Source of the DNA: a virus
Length of the DNA: 64,000 nucleotides
Reading direction: 5' to 3' (one strand)
Virus record (IMG/VR): IMGVR_UViG_3300049793_000366
Coordinates: 122,865-186,864 of that record
Shown: positions 28,076 through 35,744 of the stretch, piece after piece
How positions within the stretch are numbered: position 1 is the stretch's first letter
Layout: every line of letters starts with the position of its first letter
The notes under the pieces: model-generated
The model's input: only the letters and a program-made list of their open reading frames with translations
Database searches by the model: none
What the model was told of the DNA's origin: nothing
Translations under genes and position numbers: made by a program

Positions 28076-28500
28076 TTTTAAAACTAATATATTATTTAAT
28101 CTCACTACCTGTTCTGCTACACGAACATAATAGATTATTGTCCGGTAAATCTGACACCAAGCAATTGAAATCGGAAGTAGAATTGCTATCTGATATGAAT
28201 AAAAAGGGTGGTACTCTTGGTTCGATGAATGGTGCTGAGAAATCGATAGCAAAATCAATACTATATAAAATTTTATTTCAAATAACCTATATTATATGGG
28301 TTGTCGTTGGTCTAATGACCTTTAATTGGTGGATATTTACTATCATACTTCTTATGTCTCAAATACCTAAGAAGAGTACTGTGGCTGTACGTTTGGATGC
28401 CGCGCTGACTATAATTATGGTCGTTTTTGCTATATTGAATACCTATGTTTATAAAATAGATGTAACTTTTTACATAAAAACATGGCTCGGACTTTTTTAA
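28072..28500 (+). CDS. hypothetical membrane protein
   Basis: Three or four hydrophobic helices. Confidence 0.5.
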   Translation: MILKLIYYLISLPVLLHEHNRLLSGKSDTKQLKSEVELLSDMNKKGGTLGSMNGAEKSIAKSILYKILFQITYIIWVVVGLMTFNWWIFTIILLMSQIPKKSTVAVRLDAALTIIMVVFAILNTYVYKIDVTFYIKTWLGLF

Positions 28501-28527
28501 TTAGAATTAAATACATATCTTTGTAGT

Positions 28528-29016
28528 ATGAATACGTTTAAATTTAAAGAACCGTTTGTTGGAATTTTAGTGGGTCCACCGCTATCAGGTAAGTCCACAT
28601 GGCTTCGCGAGAATTTTGACGCTTCTGAAATAGTTATTATTTCTCGTGACCAAATTGTTTTGGACGTATATGGTTCTAACAATTACTCCGATGCTTTTAA
28701 TAATGTAAATCAGAAAGATGTAGATAGACAACTAATTGAAAATATCACTGATGCATCTAAAGGCACAAAAAACGTTATCATTGATATGACTCATATGTCC
28801 TCTAAAAGACGTAGATATAACCTCTCACATTTTCCGAATCACTATAAAGTAGCTTTCCTTTTCCCTATCTTGGATGAAGTTGAATATGCTCGTAGAAATG
28901 AAATGCGTAGACTTGAAGAGAATAAATGGATACCTGAACACGTAATCAAGAATATGATTTCTAGCTATCAACCAATTAAAGAAGAAGAAGGATTTAATAA
29001 AGTTATTTCAATATGA
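28528..29016 (+). CDS. P-loop kinase, polynucleotide kinase-like
   Basis: N-terminal P-loop ILVGPPLSGKSTWLRENF resembles the T4 Pnk kinase domain N-terminus. Confidence 0.5.
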   Translation: MNTFKFKEPFVGILVGPPLSGKSTWLRENFDASEIVIISRDQIVLDVYGSNNYSDAFNNVNQKDVDRQLIENITDASKGTKNVIIDMTHMSSKRRRYNLSHFPNHYKVAFLFPILDEVEYARRNEMRRLEENKWIPEHVIKNMISSYQPIKEEEGFNKVISI

Positions 29017-29462
29017 AGAAGAAAAGAATATACATAGACATGGATGGTGTTTTGTGTGATTTCTATGGTGCTGCACGAAAAGCATTAAAAGAAAACCCAA
29101 AACAACCATTTCCTCAAGCACAGTGGGGATTTTTCCTTAAGCTTAAACCAATTGATGGTGCGCTTGAAGCATTTAATTACTTATTCGAAAATTATGATGT
29201 TTGGATCTTAACCAGACCATCTACACGTAATGTTAATTGCTATACAGAAAAAGCACAATGGGTTTGGGACCACTTAGGTGAGAAAGCAGTTGATAAGCTT
29301 ATTCTATCATGTGATAAGAATTTATTAAAGGGTGATTATTTGATTGATGATAATCACTGGGATTTTGAAGGGGAGCATATTCATTTCAATACTGAAAAAT
29401 TTCCTAACTGGGAAACAGTAGTTAAGTATATAGATTCTTCTTGTAAACAACAATTAAATTAA
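29013..29462 (+). CDS. HAD-family 5'(3')-deoxyribonucleotidase-like phosphatase
   Basis: IYIDMDGVLCDF (HAD motif I DxDG) and DYLIDDN (motif IV), colinear with the NT5C family. Confidence 0.65.
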   Translation: MKKKRIYIDMDGVLCDFYGAARKALKENPKQPFPQAQWGFFLKLKPIDGALEAFNYLFENYDVWILTRPSTRNVNCYTEKAQWVWDHLGEKAVDKLILSCDKNLLKGDYLIDDNHWDFEGEHIHFNTEKFPNWETVVKYIDSSCKQQLN

Positions 29463-29468
29463 TTAACC

Positions 29469-29660
29469 TGGCGAGGTGGTGAAAGTAGACACTGGTGTTA
29501 TCTGTTAACCAATTGTAGAGAGCCGAAAGATGGGAAGCATTGACTTACTATTCGGGTAGCTTTAATAAACAGACGGAAAGACATTGGTCTTTTATTATCG
29601 AAAGATAGTTGCGAAGGAAACAACACAAATGCGGGTTCAAGCCCTGCTCTCGTCACAAAA
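29469..29660 (+). ncRNA. candidate structured RNA or tRNA 3'-half-like element (T-arm plus acceptor 3' strand)
   Basis: About 200-nt ORF-free, relatively GC-rich island. GCGGG-TTCAAGC-CCTGC resembles a T-arm with a 7-nt T-loop, followed by TCTCGTC-A. GGCGAGG at 29469-75 can pair with that strand including G-U wobbles. No canonical D or anticodon arm could be built. Confidence 0.25.
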
Positions 29661-29669
29661 AATAACAAC

Positions 29670-30071
29670 ATGGCAAACGCATGGATTCATTCAGTATCAT
29701 CAGTTAGAAAGTTTGGCGGTAAGCCAGAAGATTATTTAGAAATTCATCGTAAAATGGATTGTTCTAAATCGTATATTTCTGATAATCGACACAGAGCATT
29801 AACACATACAATGTTTTGGGTTAATGAGGTAATGGTTCCTCTATTTGGTTATACAATGACTAATAGTGATAACCGCGTAATTGCTGTCAAGGATATATGT
29901 GAAAGACATATACTCGAAGATTTCCATATGAAATTTATTCCCACCGCACAAGATTATCTTGAACACATGGAGTTCAAAGATTGGATGCAAAATGGTGTTA
30001 AAGGACACCCATCTTCTTATAATAAGCTTGCTGAAAAGAATGCTGAAAAAGAGAAAGAGACAACCGATTAA
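29670..30071 (+). CDS. hypothetical protein
   Basis: 133 aa ORF. Confidence 0.55.
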   Translation: MANAWIHSVSSVRKFGGKPEDYLEIHRKMDCSKSYISDNRHRALTHTMFWVNEVMVPLFGYTMTNSDNRVIAVKDICERHILEDFHMKFIPTAQDYLEHMEFKDWMQNGVKGHPSSYNKLAEKNAEKEKETTD

Positions 30072-30073
30072 TT

Positions 30074-30523
30074 GTGCATAAAGAACTACAGACCCTACTA
30101 CAAACCGATACTATACTTGTACGTAGGTTATCATACCGTAAAGTATTAATAGAGTATTCCGTGCCTGTTTTAGTAGAGGGTTCATCCGAACCTATTGAAC
30201 AGGTTTATATAAAACTTCGCTATCAGATAGCTCCTGAGTTTTTAGATTCAGAGAGTCAGTCTATTCTTCCCGTATCTCAAATCAGATGCTTGATAAAGGA
30301 TAAGTCCTATGACTATCCAATGCGTAATATTAATGGACGCTGGGGTGTCAAAAGAACAACAGTTAAATGTATTCAAACTTTGAATAAAACAATAAGTTTA
30401 GGAAATGTCCTTTATGTTCTAAACTTTTTTCCAACTGAATATCAAATAGTTACGCAAGAGTCGGTCAATCGAGTGACAACTAAGTTAAGAGAAATTCATT
30501 TAAGTAGATTATTAACCTCTTAA
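30074..30523 (+). CDS. hypothetical protein
   Basis: 149 aa ORF. Confidence 0.55.
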   Translation: MHKELQTLLQTDTILVRRLSYRKVLIEYSVPVLVEGSSEPIEQVYIKLRYQIAPEFLDSESQSILPVSQIRCLIKDKSYDYPMRNINGRWGVKRTTVKCIQTLNKTISLGNVLYVLNFFPTEYQIVTQESVNRVTTKLREIHLSRLLTS

Positions 30524-30533
30524 CAAATCTAAC

Positions 30534-30983
30534 ATGAACGTAACAGACGAATTAAAAAAGCTGAATGAAGAATTTGTGCAACAGAAAAAAGAGTTAATGC
30601 TTCGAACAAGAGTTTTATTCGATAAGGCATTAATTGAAGTATTTGATAAGCACGAAGGACTTGAATCATTTGGTTGGACACAGTACACTCCGTATTTCAA
30701 TGATGGTGATGAATGTACTTTCAGCGCACATACAGATTATCTCTACATCAATGGTGTAAACGAAGATGATATGGACGACATCAGTGAGAAAACATATGAC
30801 TACACAAGTGGTAAGAGATTACCGAATGAAAAATATAATAGCGCGAAAGCCGCTATGATTAGTGAAATTAAATCTATCCTTAATACTGTTGATGAGGAAT
30901 TCTTAAAAGAGACGTATAATGACCATGTTAAGGTCACTATTACTCGTGAGGGTTCATCTGTTACGAATTATAGACATGATTAG
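30534..30983 (+). CDS. hypothetical protein
   Basis: 149 aa ORF ending in TAG. Confidence 0.55.
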   Translation: MNVTDELKKLNEEFVQQKKELMLRTRVLFDKALIEVFDKHEGLESFGWTQYTPYFNDGDECTFSAHTDYLYINGVNEDDMDDISEKTYDYTSGKRLPNEKYNSAKAAMISEIKSILNTVDEEFLKETYNDHVKVTITREGSSVTNYRHD

Positions 30984-31046
30984 TGGTGTAACCGAAAAAC
31001 CGAAGAGTAGGAAATTAACAATTAAACAATTTAAAACAAAAACAAA

Positions 31047-32969
31047 ATGCACAGTATCTTAGATTTTATGAGCAATTATTGGTGGATTGGAGCTATTTTA
31101 TTAGCACTGGTTGCCTACAAATTAATTTTCCGTTTATTCGGTATCGTTATGATACCTGAGGATAAAATTGGATTAGTTACAAAGAAGTTTGTTTTACTTG
31201 GCGCGGATAAATCATTACCCGATGGTAGGATTATCGCAACTAAAGGTGAAGCAGGTTTTCAAGCAAAAGCAATGGCACCGGGTATTTATTTCTGGATGTG
31301 GCCATGGCAATATGAAATCGATATGCAAGGTTTCGTATTAATTCCTGAGGGTAAAATTGGTTTAGTGGCTGCGAGAGACGGTGTTGTACCTCAAAATGGT
31401 AGAATACTTGGTCGTAAAGTATCTTGTGATAACTTCCAAGATAGTGAGCAGTTCTTAACTAATGGTGGACAGAAAGGTCGTCAGTCGGCATATCTTGTTG
31501 CTGGTTCTTACCGTATCAATACACACTTATTTGAAGTGTCTGTTGTTGACCAGGTTAAGATTAATGAGAACATGGTGGGTATTGTTACTACTCTTGATGG
31601 TGAGCCTCTTGATGATGGACAAATCGCTGCTAAAGTAAATGAAGCAGGGCATAATAAGTTCCAAAACTTTGATGTGTTTCTTGAGAATGGTGGACAAAGA
31701 GGTTTACAACAAGACGTAATTCTTGCTGGTACTTATAACATCAATCCTTGGGCTGTTCAGATTGAAGAAGTTCCAATGACAAGTATCGCAATTGGATTTG
31801 TTGGTGTTGTTATCTCTTATGTAGGTAGCGAAGGACAAGATGTATCTGGTACTGCTTTCAAACATGGTAACATCGTTAGTAAAGGACAGAAGGGTGTTTG
31901 GAATGAACCATTAGGTCCAGGAAAATATCCTATCAATACATATGCTTATCGCATTGAAGTTGTTCCAACAACAAACCTTGTATTAAACTGGGCAAGCGCG
32001 AGAACTGAATCACACAACTTAGATAAGAACTTAAGTACTATCACAGTACGTTCTAAAGATGGTTTCCCATTCAATTTAGATGTGTCTCAAATTATTCACA
32101 TTCCAATGACAGAAGCACCTAAAGTAATTGCGCGATTTGGTGCTATGCAAAACTTAGTTTCTCAAGTACTTGAGCCAACTATTGGTAACTATTTCCGTAA
32201 CTCTGCTCAAGATTCAGATGTAATCTCTTTCTTAAGCTCTCGTAAAGAGCGTCAGGAGTCTGCTAAACAGCATATCTCTAAAGTTCTTGAAGAGTATAAC
32301 GTTCACGCTGTTGATACGCTTATAGGTGATATTACACCTCCTGAGTCACTTATGAAAACTCTTACTGACCGTAAGATTGCTGAAGAGCAAAAAGTAACAT
32401 ATGAAACTCAGCGTAAAGCACAAATCGAGCGTCAATCTTACGAGAAAGAAAATGCTGTTGCTGATATGCAAAAGGATGTAGTTAAAGCTGACCAGTCAGT
32501 ATTAATTGCTGATAAAACTGCTCAAGCTTCTATTAAGCAAGCAGAAGGTAATGCTAAGTCAGTAGAGCTTAACGCTAATGCTGATGCGAATGCTACTAAA
32601 TTACGTGCTGGTGCCGAAGCAGAAAGAATTACCTTAACTGGTAATGCCGAAGCAGAAAGAACATTAGCGATTGGTAAGTCTAACGCAGAAGCTTATAAAC
32701 TTGCTGTTGAAGCAATGGGTGAAGAAAACTTTACTCGCCTTAAAGTAACAGAAGCTATTGGTATTAATAAAGTACAGGTAATTCCTAACGTACTTATCAA
32801 TGGTGGTGGTAACGGAAGCGGTTCATTAGAAGGTATGATGAGCCTTCAAATGATGGAAATGATGAGCGAAAAGGGTTACTTAAATAAAAAAGACATCAAG
32901 GATGTCAAAGAAGTAACATCTAAAGCTGTTGTTGAAGAGAAAGCAGAAGACGACAAGAAGAAGAAGTAA
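31047..32969 (+). CDS. flotillin-like SPFH/band-7 domain membrane protein
   Basis: N-terminal TM helix WWIGAILLALVAYKLIF. Central SPFH-like region. C-terminal Ala/Glu-rich coiled coil (AEAERITLTGNAEAERTLAIGKSNAEAYKLA) ending in GGGNGSG, as in YqiK/flotillin. Confidence 0.6.
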   Translation: MHSILDFMSNYWWIGAILLALVAYKLIFRLFGIVMIPEDKIGLVTKKFVLLGADKSLPDGRIIATKGEAGFQAKAMAPGIYFWMWPWQYEIDMQGFVLIPEGKIGLVAARDGVVPQNGRILGRKVSCDNFQDSEQFLTNGGQKGRQSAYLVAGSYRINTHLFEVSVVDQVKINENMVGIVTTLDGEPLDDGQIAAKVNEAGHNKFQNFDVFLENGGQRGLQQDVILAGTYNINPWAVQIEEVPMTSIAIGFVGVVISYVGSEGQDVSGTAFKHGNIVSKGQKGVWNEPLGPGKYPINTYAYRIEVVPTTNLVLNWASARTESHNLDKNLSTITVRSKDGFPFNLDVSQIIHIPMTEAPKVIARFGAMQNLVSQVLEPTIGNYFRNSAQDSDVISFLSSRKERQESAKQHISKVLEEYNVHAVDTLIGDITPPESLMKTLTDRKIAEEQKVTYETQRKAQIERQSYEKENAVADMQKDVVKADQSVLIADKTAQASIKQAEGNAKSVELNANADANATKLRAGAEAERITLTGNAEAERTLAIGKSNAEAYKLAVEAMGEENFTRLKVTEAIGINKVQVIPNVLINGGGNGSGSLEGMMSLQMMEMMSEKGYLNKKDIKDVKEVTSKAVVEEKAEDDKKKK

Positions 32970-32989
32970 TAAACTTCAATAATTATATT

Positions 32990-33024
32990 AAAACCCTTAG
33001 ATAGAAATATCTAAGGGTTTTTTA
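32990..33024 (+). terminator. rho-independent terminator
   Basis: CCCTTAG...CTAAGGG hairpin followed by TTTTTT. Confidence 0.6.
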
Positions 33025-33038
33025 TTTATATATACATC

Positions 33039-33404
33039 ATGGCATTTATTAACTTCACAGCAGGACCAATCGTTGTACTACCTAACTTGAGACCATTCGT
33101 ATCTAAATTGAGTAGTATACCAGTATTAATTGATGATGCTGTTAACTATACTGACGCAGAAAAGAACAGAATAGGAGAGATTGTAACTAGATTAGCATCA
33201 CTTGATGAATACGTAAGTGGTAGTGATGTTATATTTGATTTAGAGAATATTGCTGTACTGAGTGTAGATCCAAACGAGCTTTATAATCCAACTAGGGAAA
33301 CAGTATTGTTACTATTTGAATCTATATGTGATACTTCTGGTTATCCTTATAAGGATGAAGTTATGGATGGCGTTAATGATTTATATACAATATTAACACA
33401 ATAA
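33039..33404 (+). CDS. hypothetical protein
   Basis: 121 aa ORF. Confidence 0.5.
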   Translation: MAFINFTAGPIVVLPNLRPFVSKLSSIPVLIDDAVNYTDAEKNRIGEIVTRLASLDEYVSGSDVIFDLENIAVLSVDPNELYNPTRETVLLLFESICDTSGYPYKDEVMDGVNDLYTILTQ

Positions 33405-33443
33405 AAAAACCCTCAAGTATTTCTACTGAGGGTTTTAATTTTT
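33403..33443. terminator. bidirectional rho-independent terminator
   Basis: A-run, then CCCTCAAGTATTTCTACTGAGGG hairpin, then a T-run, between convergent genes. Confidence 0.55.
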
Positions 33444-33458
33444 AATCTTAATGGAATT

Positions 33459-34562
33459 TTATCCCATTGTTAAGAAGATTTTTCTGTTTAATCTATCAAC
33501 AGCAAGTACTTTAACTTGGATGTCTTGACCAGCAGAGAATTGTTTGGTGTTACTGAACTTTTCAACTTCTGATGTGTGAATTAAACCGATTGTCTCTTCG
33601 TCAAGGTTAACAAGAACACCAAATGCTTTGTTATCTTTAACTTTACCTTTGAACTTCTGTCCAACTTTGATACCATCCCAAAGTGATTCTTTTAGAATCT
33701 GGGTAAGAATAATCTTATCCTTGATGATTTCTTTTACGTAGAAGTCAACTGCTGTTCCAGCTTGAATTTGGTCAATTTTATCAGCCCATTCAGGATTGAT
33801 GTTTGATTTGTGAATCATACCAGTTAAACATTCGTTGAATTCGACGAACACACCGAATGGAGTAGTTCCAGTTACGTGTCCTGTGTAAACAGACTCAGCA
33901 TCTAACTTCTTAATCTCTTTTGGTATTAAAGATTGTAAGTATTTTTTGCGAGATACTATATACGTTCCTTTCTCGTCTGAAAAAGACTCCACCATAACGT
34001 TGAATGTTTTACCAACAATAACGCTTGGGTCATGTAGCTTGTTAACACCAGCTAAAGTGTTTGGCATGAATGCCGGGATTGTAACACCGTTGTATAGAAT
34101 ATCTAAATCATATCCAGCTGGGTTAAGTTCTTTAACTTTTGCTTCAACGAAGTCAGTAGATTCTAACGATTGTAACCCTAAGTGAATCGCTTGTTCATAA
34201 ATAGCTGAAATGCTACCTTTAATGAAGAATGGATTTTCTTGTTGGTCTGTTACTAACACGTCAATGTATTGACCATGTTTTAAATTTTGAGTATAAGAAA
34301 GTTCTTTCTTATTTGATTCAACACGAAGATAATCTTTATATCCAATATCGAATACTAAATATTCGTTGGTTGTTTCGATAAACTTTGCGTTGGTAATTTC
34401 ACCAGTCTTCGGCAAAACAAATTTGCCCAATTGGTAGAGCTTTAACATTTGCTCTGCATAAGGTTCAGTACAATAAAGTACATAACCGTCTTTTGTTTTT
34501 CTTGGTTTCTTAGACCACTCAAAAACATCTTTAAATTCTGCGTTTCCGTAGGTTTCTGTCAT
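33459..34562 (-). CDS. multi-S1-domain RNA-binding protein (ribosomal protein S1-like)
   Basis: C-terminal canonical S1 fold signature GKVKDNKAFGVLVNLDEETIGLIHTSEV...VKVLAVDRLNRKIFLT. Further S1-like repeats (GHVTGTTPFGVFVEFNECLTGMIHKS; GKTFNVMVESFSDEKGTYIVSRK). Confidence 0.6.
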   Translation of the reverse strand: MTETYGNAEFKDVFEWSKKPRKTKDGYVLYCTEPYAEQMLKLYQLGKFVLPKTGEITNAKFIETTNEYLVFDIGYKDYLRVESNKKELSYTQNLKHGQYIDVLVTDQQENPFFIKGSISAIYEQAIHLGLQSLESTDFVEAKVKELNPAGYDLDILYNGVTIPAFMPNTLAGVNKLHDPSVIVGKTFNVMVESFSDEKGTYIVSRKKYLQSLIPKEIKKLDAESVYTGHVTGTTPFGVFVEFNECLTGMIHKSNINPEWADKIDQIQAGTAVDFYVKEIIKDKIILTQILKESLWDGIKVGQKFKGKVKDNKAFGVLVNLDEETIGLIHTSEVEKFSNTKQFSAGQDIQVKVLAVDRLNRKIFLTMG

Positions 34563-34615
34563 TTATTTAATTTTTAAAAGGTTATAAATGTTATAATGAA
34601 TGTGATGTTGAAAGT

Positions 34616-35017
34616 TTAGAGTTTTTTTATATTATGTTTCATCATGTAGTCTCTTATGCGAACAGCATCTTCATACCTCTCATCGCTAAGAGCCTTTGAT
34701 AGCTTATCATTCAGCTCTTTTTCGAGTTGTTCAATAGATAGTTTATTATTTTTTTCATTAACTATAATTGATTGATAATGTTCATTGATACCAGTGATAT
34801 CATATAAAGTTTGGTTCTCAAATTCTTCTGCTATCTTATCGAGTTCCTTCTGGTCAAGCTCATTCAGCTTGGTGGAACTTAAAATTTTATCCAGGAATTT
34901 TTTATTAAATGAATTATTATCTAATAAAAATTTAGCTAAATGATTGGGTCTATTTCTAAACATCTTTAATAGCAAAACTAAATTTCGATATACTTTATCG
35001 TTTCTGTCTCCGTCCAT
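34616..35017 (-). CDS. hypothetical protein
   Basis: 133 aa ORF. Confidence 0.5.
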   Translation of the reverse strand: MDGDRNDKVYRNLVLLLKMFRNRPNHLAKFLLDNNSFNKKFLDKILSSTKLNELDQKELDKIAEEFENQTLYDITGINEHYQSIIVNEKNNKLSIEQLEKELNDKLSKALSDERYEDAVRIRDYMMKHNIKKL

Positions 35018-35053
35018 AATATTTATATCAAAAATTTATACTTGGTTTACTAC

Positions 35054-35743
35054 TTATGCTCTTTCAAAATATACGTTGTAATAATAACTGAATGTAAACT
35101 CGCTACTCGGTTTCTCTTGTTGGAATCTAAGTGTCAACTTTTTCTTATCATAAGTTATCTCAGATTCCATTTTTTGTAAAACTAATCCTGGGTCTTCTGC
35201 ACCAGCATCATATTGAATTTGAAATCTTCTTATATTCTGTGATTTTAAATCCGTGTATTTAACGAATAACTCTACTGATTTGAATACATATCTTGACCAC
35301 AGATTATATTCGATGTAGTCATTTATAGAAATGTTTACATTATTATTAATGGTCTGATTGTTTGGTATTCCTTCGAAAGTTCTTGCTTCTTTTAATTTAG
35401 CAAAGATGTATTCAAATAGCAATGATTTTAAATCTATATCAATTATCCATTTAGTGAATTTATCCTTATCTGATGGTGATTGTGTTGGATTTAACTGAAT
35501 AACGTGTCTATCCTTTTTAGATATTGGTTCACTATATACAATAGGGTCTAAGGCAGATTCGACTACCGCATCCATCTGTTCGCCATTTGCGTTTTGATAG
35601 TAAATTACGTTACTGTTTTTAATACCAATAACATCTTCAACGTCAACCATTTTAGAACCAAAGAATGAACGTAGCTCAATCATGTTGTAAGTACCGTTTG
35701 TTTCGGTATATGTAAACTCTGGTGATATATAATTTCTTCTCAT
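35054..35743 (-). CDS. hypothetical protein (structural module)
   Basis: 229 aa, immediately downstream of two giant structural ORFs. Confidence 0.5.
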   Translation of the reverse strand: MRRNYISPEFTYTETNGTYNMIELRSFFGSKMVDVEDVIGIKNSNVIYYQNANGEQMDAVVESALDPIVYSEPISKKDRHVIQLNPTQSPSDKDKFTKWIIDIDLKSLLFEYIFAKLKEARTFEGIPNNQTINNNVNISINDYIEYNLWSRYVFKSVELFVKYTDLKSQNIRRFQIQYDAGAEDPGLVLQKMESEITYDKKKLTLRFQQEKPSSEFTFSYYYNVYFERA

Positions 35744-35744
35744 G

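Noticed and set aside
29463-29669. Full-length tmRNA (ssrA) or RNase P RNA in this or any other intergenic region of the window
   Set aside because: The largest ORF-free stretches are about 200 nt, too short for either RNA (about 350-400 nt). No resume-codon or tag-peptide reading frame ending in a convincing degron was found by eye.
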